DNA of 64,000 nucleotides from Perkinsus olseni (Eukaryota): NCBI GenBank assembly GCA_013115125.1, contig JABANN010000036.1, positions 1 to 64,000 of the forward strand, read 5' to 3'. Shown piece by piece: positions 50,501 to 60,887 of this stretch (position 1 is its first letter; each line of letters starts with the position of its first letter). The notes under the pieces were generated by a model. It saw only the letters and a program-made list of their open reading frames with translations, ran no database searches and was not told where the DNA came from. The position numbers and the translations under genes were made by a program.

Positions 50501-51331
50501 ATATCGCTAGCCGGGCAATGCGGCATCGTCCTCGGCTCCAACCCGCTCAGTCAGCGGTTATGTCACTTACCTGGTAGGAATGGAGCGCCCAGGTTCGTGT
50601 TGCAAAACCCAGGGGTGCAGGCTACGAACTTTGTGCTCGGATCACGACTGGGACTGCCGCTCCTGAAGAGAGCTACATGTATGAACCCTAACGACTCGAC
50701 AAGGACTCACTTGCTGGCTACGTAGGATAGAATGGCTCGCTTGCTATCAGGGTATTGGGTCGTGGTTGCGGAGTTCCCAAGCACACTTACTACGTCATCG
50801 GCGGTAACGAGCAGAGATCTCTTCTGGAGCCGACTGAATGCGAAGATCGCATGCAATCCTCCAACTACTTGAATATGAGAAGTTTGAATACCTTGGGCAC
50901 CCGCGCACACGGGCCATGTGGCGGTACAAAGAGTGGCAGCTATTTCAGCATGAAAAGCTAGGATTGACGGTCGATCTTCCAGGCCACTGTGCGTCACTGG
51001 TCGATCATCGACCGGTTGGCCCACAGTTGGCCGCACACGTGCTCGTACCCCGAGGTTCGGGATCCGAACGGGTCGTTCGGAACGACTCGATTCTAGACAT
51101 TCGATGGCCTCGCAAGTTTTCCAGTGGCAAGGTCCTTGCCGCTAGGAGCCCTAGCCTAGGACGATATAACGCAACACAACGGAACTATCCGATTCTAGTT
51201 CAGGAGATAGGCTCCTTCTTGCTGGAAAGCGGCAATCCCCATGGCTCTGTGTTGGCAATTCTCTAGCTTTCCGAACTGTTCCGATGCCTATCTCGTGGAT
51301 ACCCAAATTGCAGGTCTCGCGAGCAACACAG

Positions 51332-51509
51332 TGGGAGCTCACTCGACCAATTCTATTGGGAGCTCATTCGCCCAATTGTACTGGGAGCTGACTCGACCAA
51401 TTCTGTTGGGAGCTCATTCGACCAATTGTATTGGGAGCTGACTCGACCAATTCTGTTGGGAGCTCACTCGACCAATTGTATTGGGAGCTGACTCGACCAA
51501 TTCTATTGG
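51332..51509. repeat. 25-bp minisatellite, 7 units
   Basis: TGGGAGCT(C/G)A(C/T)TCG(A/C)CCAATT(C/G)T(A/G)(T/C) starting at 51332, 51357, 51382, 51407, 51432, 51457 and 51482, with no spacers. Confidence 0.97.
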
Positions 51510-51990
51510 ACAACGCGACGCTCGCAGGAAGATATATCGTCCGCTTTGGCCTTGATAATGTTGGCACTATAGTGGTCAGCTACCTGGAGGGTCTCGTCGA
51601 CGATACGGGTGATACCACCACTGACTCCCACTACCATATGAGCAGCTGATAAATAGGGTTCTTGACGCTGCGAGAATGCGGCGGAACGCGAGCGGACCAG
51701 CCTTACCCTATCCCCAACTTCAAAACTTTCCGTGTAGGGGGCACGCTCCAACAACTTTTGGCGTGTCTTCTCCCGCAGCTGCACCCATATATCATAATAT
51801 TCCTTGAGGCTGGCCTCTCTCACCCACCCACGAGCGCGGCGTTGGTTTTCCAAAGCCGCTAACCAGGTCGGAGTCGGAGACAATTCGCTCGTCGGAGCGG
51901 AGAGGAGCTCAACTCATGACAGTCCCGAGCTGCAAGACCTGCGACACTGCCATAGGAGTCCAGCGTTGTGCCTAGTACCGCGGTCAACGT
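51503..51990 (-). mobile_element. Probable LTR-retrotransposon remnant (integrase C-terminal SH3-like region)
   Basis: Intronless ORF with a helical segment EYYDIWVQLREKTRQKLL followed by FEVGDRVRL...EPY, as in pol C-termini. It is followed by a tandem repeat and truncated at a palindrome chain. No RT or DDE core seen. Confidence 0.45.
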
Positions 51991-52109
51991 TAGCTGTGTG
52001 CCACAGGCACACAGCTAACCGGTAGCACCCCGACCCTACCGGGGTGCTACCTCGGGGTCCGAGGTGAATCACCTCAGGTGATAAACCGTCTGAATCTCAG
52101 ATAGCATCT

Positions 52110-53185
52110 AAACAGTGGGCACACACAATAGATCCGACCTTTTCGAGTCCATATCAGATGTAGGACCATAAGGATTGTTCTCGGGGTCGCTTCAGCATCG
52201 TGTGACATTTGTTTGATTTACATGACTAGATGTCAGAGGTAACTGGACTCGTGGAGCTCCTCCTACAGGAGTCCTCGGGGTCGCAAGCCATGCGCTAAGG
52301 TGAAAATGCGCAAAACATCACAGCCTCTGAACTTCACCAACTATATCACTAATGGCTTTATTAACCCTTAAAGTGTCGAGCACTTACCTGCTAACATAAA
52401 CCATGCGCAATGCCCTCTGTACGCTGGCCTCTGCCCGTGCTCTCATTAGACGCTCAGACATCAACACCGGGGCAACTAAGTTAGTCGATATCACCTTGTC
52501 TCGAGGCAGCATTATACCTGGGAAGAGTCTCGAAAAGCTCCCGCTAAATCGACCAGTTACCAGCATTGTGAATGACAGCATCGAATCCCTGAGACTCTGG
52601 GACACGCCCGTCGGCGAACCACATGTCGCCGAGTTCCTTTGTAGCGTTCTGAGAGATCAATAGTCGGTAACTTCGCATGAAAGTACGTGACTCGCGGTTA
52701 GTTAAGGCAAAAGACCGTTCTCACCTCAACAGACGCCTTGCTCGTTAGGTCACAATAAATTACAGCTGGCGGTACCGCCACGCCGTGCCTCTCGGCAAGG
52801 GTCCGCGCAATCTTGTTACCAGCTTGAACATCTCGCACTAGAAGAACCTTGAACAGAGAGCTCCATCAGGCTCTGACTGTACTAAAATTGCTTCGGCTTA
52901 CCAACGACACCTGCGGCTGATACCGACTCAAGATTTCCGTCACAGCCCTTCCCACGCCAGAAGTAGCACCTAATACAGCGATCGATCGACTCACGAGTCT
53001 GCTGGGAAAGGCTTGCCTGTTATTGCCACACGGAACTTCTTGTCGGAGTGGTTCAGAGCAGCCCCACGGCATAACCCGACGGCCTTGGTACACGCCGTGA
53101 CGATGTTGGTGTATCTCCGAAAGGCTAGGGCCCCCACTCCACCGAGAGTACCAACTACCGTCCATCCGACCGCGCCGACGACCAT
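52110..53185 (-). pseudogene. Short-chain dehydrogenase/reductase with an N-terminal membrane anchor, apparently 3'-truncated
   Basis: IAVLGATSGVGRAV (GxxxGxG), FDAVIHNAG, STNLVAP...RMVYVS. No YxxxK found before the junction at ~52110. Confidence 0.7.
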
Positions 53186-53976
53186 TTCGTAAGTAGCTTA
53201 CAATCTAGGAAGACTTGCGCACCCAAATCCCCGAAAAGGAACTTTCGATCACTCGCTCTTGTACAGCCCAACAAGATCTTCGCCGATTGGAATATTCTGT
53301 ATGTTGACGCGGAAGTGACGAAATAGACCAAAGGTCAGGATACTCTGAAGTCCGCGGGTAGCGCCCGTAAAACAGACTAAGCGGTGCCGGAAAAGGACAG
53401 GCTGGCAATAGGTCTATGCTTGCCGGTCTAGTGAAGAACTGCGTAGTCAAAATCACGGATAAGTATTCGTCGCGTCACGGAGATATCCTGTATTCTCACA
53501 ATTCCTCCTTTGCTATCAGCAAATTGCTAACTCTCGATAAGTTTAGTAATGAGTGAATGAAAAAGTTGAAAACAACAGGTGAGGACACGATCCCTTGCCC
53601 GACCGTATCCTATCATGATCGATCCACTGGACTATCCACTGGAAATAGTGAGGGCCGAATTGTCAGAATCATCAACAATCATTATTGAAATCACCATAAC
53701 GATGAGAATTGATCCTCCCACCGGAGCTCCTCGTCTGCTCTTCACATATACAGCCCGTGCTGGGCGAGAATGAAGTACTAAAGCTGATCATAGAGCATTG
53801 GTCCTGGAGTTCAGGACTATTCAAGAAGATTAAGCTGACCTGCTTGGGACGACGGAAGATTTCTTCTCTTCTACGGTTAACTTATATCGTAGCGCGCGTA
53901 GAAGACGACACTCCCGCGAGGGGGGTCTGACAAGAAAGACTCGACGCCGTTCGAATGATGAGCGAACTGGATGATT

Positions 53977-55033
53977 TTAAATGCCTAACATACCAGGTTC
54001 TTCAGAAGGAGACATGGCAACGTATCGCAGATTGACCTCGATTTGATGGGACTCACCCAGAACCTCCACGAATCCCGATTTCTTATATAGAGCAATCGCT
54101 GGATAATTCGTTCGTTTCACCACCAAGTAGACAGCGACCAACTTTGGCTGGGTTGCACCGAGCTGGAAGCTATCGAGTAACACTGTTACTGTAAGAGAGC
54201 TACACCCGGCGAACATCTCGAGTGCCGCGTTGGACTCACGTAATGAAAGCTCTCCGACAATAGCTTGGTGGCAATCCCTTGCTTCTGCCAAGCCTCAGCG
54301 ACCGTAATCTGATGGCAAGTTGAAGTGGAATCAAGATCATCAGATGACGCTGCCGGGGGGTGACTTCCCAACCCACATAGTCTAGCACGCCGATCTCTCT
54401 GTCCACTTTCTTCTTGCTCGGGTCCGGCCTGCGAAACCAACGTTTCGGGAGCTATGATAAGACTCCCGCTGCGAGCACGCGCCTTACATCTTCGCCTCGA
54501 TAGCTTTCTTGACCGCATCCGAGATATGGTCAGCAGGGATCGTCATTTCAACGGCCCCGACGACAGTCTGAAAGGCGCCTAGCTGCTGCTTAGGTCATCT
54601 CCGAGCAACACTATCAGCACGGTCCGTGCTGCACGGATCAACATCTCTATCATTTTGCACACAACCCATGTATTCGACTGACGCATGAGTGTTGCAGCAA
54701 CTGCAATGCTGCCCAAGCAACGATCACACATTCTAATGACAGCCGCCAGCTGTACACATCTACTCATCGCGAACACAGTACTGGGGACGAAGGCAGCCTC
54801 ACCTGAGTTCCGGTGACTACTGCTGTCCAACATAGATGGTGAGCACAATCGAAGCTCCATTGCTTATCCACCAGGCTCATGTCGTCGCCTGACTGGTACT
54901 TGCGATAAACCACCGCGTCGAGCGCGCGCAGCGGATGCTCTTCCAACCACGAGTGAACCACAGAATACTGAGGATGACCAGCAACCGCAATAAAGGAGAG
55001 TATCTCAAAGAACAGGTCACCGAACAATCGCAT
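53977..55033 (-). CDS. GNAT-family acetyltransferase with a hydrophobic leader, best-preserved copy
   Basis: Leader MRLFGDLFFEILSFIAVA; DAVVYRKYQSGD; motif A ITVAEAWQKQGIATKLL; motif B LVAVYLVVKRTNYPAIALYKKSGF. Confidence 0.75.
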
Positions 55034-55079
55034 TTGTAACGAACCAAAAGTACACCTAGAAGCCCGACAAACTGCTGAC

Positions 55080-55320
55080 GGCCTAACACGGCGCTCGATC
55101 GACCCACGACTTCGGTTCAGAGGGACTTGCCCGTTATTCCCATACGAAGCTTCTTGTCGGTATGGTTCAGAGCGGCCCCTCGACATAGACCGACTGCGGC
55201 AGCCGGACTGCCTTTGTACACGCTGTGACGATGTTCTCCAGAAGGTTAGGGTCCCCACTCTACTGAGAGTAGCAACTTCCGTCCATCCGACAGCGCCCAC
55301 GACAATTCTCCAAGTGGCTT
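55080..55320 (-). pseudogene. Degraded duplicate of the SDR N-terminus
   Basis: IVVGAVGWTEVATLSRVGTLTFWR compared with MVVGAVGWTVVGTLGGVGALAFRR at 53185; frameshifted afterwards. Confidence 0.7.
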
Positions 55321-57149
55321 CAAAACTGGCAGTTGAGAACAAAGATTCCTCGCACCCCGGAGACTGAACCCGTCACGCAGCTTCGTCCAATGCTTCCCAA
55401 TTGAGACTCTGCTCGGAAATTCAAGCCCAGACGATGAGTCAGAAAACTCTGTAGCGTACCATGATTTTCAAGAAAGTTTCAAGTTGAAAGCCCGACTTCC
55501 TCTCGAAGCTCATGCTGGGATGCCTGCTATGTTACAGGAATTAGGAATGCTGACTTAGCAGTAACAACACACGGGGCAAACACTTCCACTTTGTGTAGCT
55601 CCAGCTCCACAAGCCAGTATAAATAAACACTGCGCGAAGCACGGCGGCCCGGGGCAAGACCCCTCCGAGCTCCCCAACAGCGGGCCTTTGAACAATATCG
55701 CTCGTACACCAGATGTACTGGGCATCTTTCATATGCTCGCAAGACGGCGGTAATTCTATCTTGCCACCTTGGTATCCCACCAGGGCCAAAAGACCATTTC
55801 TCCGAGATAGGCGTGATATATGCACTCAGAGTTAAGACAGGAGTACAAATCATAAACACAGATTCCACATTGAGCGTAACCTGCGTTCATATGACGCTCT
55901 TCATCTTAAAACCCATTTCATCCGTCGTAGGCACTAAGTTATATCCAACAACATTGAGATGAATCCCACGGCGACAGTCTGAGACTCACATTAATTGTAT
56001 TCACTTCAGGATTCATTATCGCTAGATGCTATATGTTAGATATGATGTGTGTGATGTGCTATTCACGAGCTGATACCTACGAGGGCAATAAAACAACATC
56101 CTAGCGTACAGACATGTTGAGTGCATAATCTTCCTCACTCCATACTCTCGACTCGGAGTCTAGAAGATCCAATGAAAATGTCACAATTCCAGCTGACTGA
56201 TCGAGCTCAGACCCACTGTCAGTGACTCACCTTCAGCGAAAAAATAGATTCGCTATTCCCGAATCTACTGTCGAGCAAAGCCCTTGAAAAAACTGAGGAA
56301 CAGCCAGCCGCTAGCTGCCAGCGTAGGCGTGGTAGGTTGCCATGGTTTGCACCTGAGGAGTAACCGTCACACAGATGATACCAGCCGCTAACCACTAATC
56401 GCTGGTGGCCAGCGGCTCTAACATGATCCGAGTACGATACTGGTCACACACGATATACTGAGTGACTCGAGTTGAGCCGCTTGATGAATTCAGGTTCAAG
56501 TGGCGACAGAACGCAACAATTAACAACACGGAAGAAAGGCCTTTCCCACGATTATCACACTCTGATAAGTGCTGCTAGCACATGCACTGCTACTAGCGCT
56601 GTGCTAGTGAGGCAAGACGACATTTCTATCTTCTGTCCACTGGACAGAGTCTTCAAGCCAGCCTATCTTTCTCCCACCTTAGTACGGAATGAAACAAAAA
56701 CTGCTCTCGATGAACAGGGACGTCGCCGTTAGAAATAACTGCCCTTGCCGCCAGACCCACTCACGGTGAGTGACTCACCTCGATCTCTGCGTTGGCGTTG
56801 TATTTCGTGTTGGCGTTGGACACGTTGCCCCCAGAGAAGCGGTATGTCATTTCCCACTCGATGTATGAATATAAGTTGTCAGCCGCCTAGAGAACTAGTA
56901 GCTCTGAACTACCTCCAATGCTATCAAAGTGATCAACATAGAACATAGAAACAGCATAGCCTCTTCTTATACCTTTTCGGAAAAGGATTTTTCTGAATCG
57001 GGTGCATTAGTCTGAAGACCAAGAAGGTGATATCTATTCCTCTGGATACTCAATTACTTGAAGATATGACGAAGACTACATCAGTACCACCCAAAGCCGC
57101 TCCCCAGCAGTCGGGCATATAACACCGGAGGCTCGAGTGATCATTCATG

Positions 57150-59357
57150 ACTTCAAGTCACAAGCTCGCACGCAGCCTATGGCATGCTTCTACACGTCAG
57201 CCACTGCTCACTAGCAGGGTTCCGCGGACACCACAACTTGCCTCTGTACGGACGGTGTCCAGGGTGCCAATTTTCTGCTGCTTACACTCCTCGCAAATGT
57301 ACTTGTGGGAATCGTTTCACAGCCGTTCCTTATGCGGCGCCAATTGCGACAGCGACATTCGGTTGTCCTCCATGTTGCACTAGGCTGAGACTGAGACACG
57401 GTCGGAGGTAGGTTATGAGCCAGCCCACCGGTAGCTTTACCAGAATCTGGTGACCAGATGCTTATGGGTCCATGACCCACGCCTCGTGGCCCACATCAGG
57501 GTGATGCATGAACACTGAGACGACGTGCATTTTCTCCGTGAGGTCGGTCGAATATTTTCTGCTCGTGATACGATGCAGGTGCGGATTGAAAGTAAAACGC
57601 AGTCCCACTCACCTGCTCACTAAATCATGCCTAGTGCCGCCTGCACGCTAGCTTCTGCACGAGCTCTCAACATGAATCCCACACGACCTCTGAAGCTACC
57701 GAATTGGTTGATATTACTGTATCTCGATGCAACACTGGACCAAGTGCGAGGCCCAACAGGAGCCTCTTGACAAGAAGCCACAGAGTTATCCGCATACCAG
57801 CGCTACGAGGAGGCCAGATCAGTAGGATAACCTACGTATCACTGTCGCGTTCCGTACGGATCCAACAGCCCAAAAGCCGGGAGCCTTGAAAGTGAACACA
57901 CGCTACTGGGCTGGCTCCGATGACACAGCAGCCTCAGGATTCCTGAGTCAGGAAATAGCTCGACTGCCTCAGTATGTGACGTGACGATGATAGTGGAGGT
58001 CTCAGAAGGTCTGGTTCGCAGCCCACTGAAGTGATTAACCATCCACCCAAGCGCCCCAACGGCCGTTATATCAAATCACTACGAAATTTGTTGTACGAAT
58101 AAGTCACGGAGAGAATAGACACGCCTTCTCCTCAGGCCGGCGGCTCAAGCCATCCCATGCTTGAAGCACTGAAGCTCAAAACACAACGGAGAGAAGAAAC
58201 TCTATAGTCTATCACAATTCCTGCGGATCCTAATAATGCCCGGCTTCCTTTCCGAAGCCCAAGCGCCGACATCTGAAACTACGTTCCATGGATAATCACT
58301 GTAGCAATGAGGGCATACACGGCCACTATCAGTCACTCTACTCCCCTCACTGAGTGGGCATGCACATCTCGCACACAGCCGGCAGTCGCGACACACCCAA
58401 CCCTCGGGAGACTTCGGCACCTGCAGCAAAATTGGAGGGCTGAGATGGGGGCTCCCGACCTACTCTGACGGGTCCAGCAGTGCGGCAACAACCGACATGA
58501 AAGCCTCTATCGCAGTCTCGACAGATGAGCGTGCTTTTGTTAGACTCGGCTACGTGGCACAATACGCACATCTGAGGCAGCAAGAATGGTGTCGTGGCAG
58601 TTACTCTAGGGCCGTGAAGAGAACGGTCACCGTTCACGGTGGGAGATATTTGTCCACGAGGGAATCGTGTCACTTCTGTCCCTCCTCACATTGCACTCCC
58701 GGCACCGCCACTGCTCTCCGTTAGCATACCTCCGGACTAGCCGAATGTCAAGCGGAGGGTCGCAGCAGTAGGCGTGACAAGAGCGATGACAGGAGCAGCA
58801 GTGCAGCATATGCTGAATAAAAGCTGACCTCCCAGCTCCCTCGGTACCCACCACTTACTTCCTGCTGGTGCGTTCCCAGACAGGTACTCCAGCAGCACTC
58901 CGGGAGGTCCTCTCCGTCGTAGCCACCCTCACGTGAGCCACGCTGCTTTTTGCGTGTACACCTCGGACCTAGGAAGCTCCTCTCCCAATACCGATGAAAT
59001 GCCCGACCCACCCGAGCCAGTCTGATCTGCTACGCTGCGCATCAAATATTTCCCGCCAATAAGAGCCCCACTCACGCTGCTTGCAATTGCTCTCTCGGAA
59101 GAGAACCTAACAGGCGACGACCTGCATACGGAGGCCCTACAAGGCGAACCTCCGGTTGCCCCCTCTGGTAGACAACGATGAGCAGGGCCCGTGTATCACT
59201 GTCGGGGTCAACGGGCCTTCGTCCAGCGACGACATTCTCAATAAACTAAAACTCAGAGTAGGTTCGATTGACGCTGGCAGAGGAGTCTGTATTGGTTTGA
59301 GATCTATGACAGAAAAACCGGGAACTATTGGCGCTTGGCAGGCTTAGCCTATTCATG
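57150..59357 (-). CDS. Multi-PHD-finger chromatin protein (KMT2C/D-like PHD cassette); the 3' part looks disrupted
   Basis: MLHCCSCHRSCHAYCCDPP..WRCREC; CVLCHV...LICRDCDRGFHVGCC; WVCRDCRLCARC; later a WV...IWSPD segment reminiscent of an ePHD but out of frame. Boundaries approximate. Confidence 0.7.
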
Positions 59358-59586
59358 TCATCATCCAATGACGATGCTGCCAGTGGTATAAACTCAAGTA
59401 GTATCTTAAGCTCACGCTGGAACCTAGCACGACGACTGCCAGAGGGGCTCCTCTGCCAGCTGGAGAACTGTTCAACTCAAGCGGAATGGAAGGTTACACA
59501 GCAGCGCTATACCGTCACACTCTCGGAAGCAGACTGTCCCGTGGGTAAAATGAATAATGACGTACTGTACGTCACGTACAGGACGA

Positions 59587-60599
59587 TCACTGATGTGAAT
59601 ACCGGCTTCTGAGACGCTGGCCGAATTGATAGGCGTACAGAGAGGCTCCATTGGCTATGAAAGATCGGGTCGCCCCTGGAAGCAGACCGCGGTAGAGAGT
59701 GCCTGAACAACAGCGACTCATCGATCCGAGTTTTGCCGTTATTTTTTTCTAGACCCTCCCGAATGTCAAGCAGGGAACTTTCTCCAACTTTCTCATCCGA
59801 TCCGACTATTTTAATGAGAACACCGAAGCCCGTTCACTGACGAGCCATCCCACCCCAGTACACTACCATCCCTAGCACATCTAGTTAGCAGCTTCGCTAT
59901 TCCTCCTCGGTCATGTCCTGCCTGCATCTGGGATTTCACCACATCCAATGGCCATACCAGACACCATGCCAAAGTCGATGCCACTCCTCCTTTCAAAAAC
60001 GGGTGCGCGCCGAAAAAATCCGGGCTCTTCGCCTGGAAGGTCTCCGCAATTATAAAAAAGCTGCCCAGCAAAAGTACATTCCGCGCAAGCGTCGCCGAAG
60101 CACCAATGGTGAGGTCGCCGGCCTTGTACGAGCCACCCAGCTGTCGCCTTGTCTTGATGAGCTCCAACGGGGCCTCCACAACAGCGCGGGAGAGACCCGA
60201 AGCAAGACCCCCTGCGATTATTACGCGGGGCTCCAGGAAGCCTCCGAGCTTGGTGTGCTCAAACCACGTTTCTCTCAGGCCTGCATAGACCACGCCGTAG
60301 GAGGCGAACTGTAGCGACCGAAATATAAGACTTCCACAAAAAGGTGGGAGGAAACCCCTGTAAAGGCCTCGAGGCCCCTGTTCCCTCACTGTGGTCAGGA
60401 ACGTTCCTACAGACCCAGTACGGCGGAATTCAGGCTGAGCTTGCATTTTCGTCTTGACGGTGTCCAGCGGATGGCCGACAATCACACTAGTCCCTCCATA
60501 CAGTACCCCGCAGCCGAGTGACCACAGACCCTCCCGAAACGCCGATCCAGATCCGACCAGCCGACCCGTGTCCTCCGAAGGTTTCCGAAGATCAGTCAT
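59587..60599 (-). CDS. Mitochondrial carrier family protein (carnitine/ornithine-carrier-like)
   Basis: Three PxD/ExxK signatures (HPLDTVKTKMQ, APLELIKTRRQ, WPLDVVKSQMQ) and GLYRG; second exon GTLYRGLLPGATRSFIANGA...SHQ*. Confidence 0.93.
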
Positions 60600-60887
60600 G
60601 AAAAAACTGACGACGGCGAGACAAGCAGTACGATCTCCAGAAAACGCCAGCTGTCGCCCAGCGTGTCAATGACTGAGCGCTCAAAGCGAGAGGCACGCCC
60701 TCCCCCCTCCTTCGTGAGGACTTCGGGAACTCCATCATCACCTACTCCCACATTCACAACTTGACACACAAGACGTTCAGCTTCAGAGAATCCAAATCAA
60801 ACAGTGACTCTGTTTCCTACAAGAGGCGCTAAACAAGGGTGTATCATCAACATATCAGATTAAATCGGGTAAAGCCCATCGGCTATC

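Noticed and set aside
51332-51509. CRISPR array
   Set aside because: Units are contiguous with no unique spacers, there are no cas genes, and the context is eukaryotic.
55527-55868. Minus-strand ORFs with faint dehydrogenase-like wording (GLLALVGYQGG)
   Set aside because: Too short and without supporting motifs.
57438-57459. One-mismatch match to the +14 scar (T-ACCAGA-A-TCTGGT-G-ACCAGA-T)
   Set aside because: Not counted as evidence: on the minus strand it encodes IWSPD, a plausible genuine ePHD motif whose codons are inherently palindromic.
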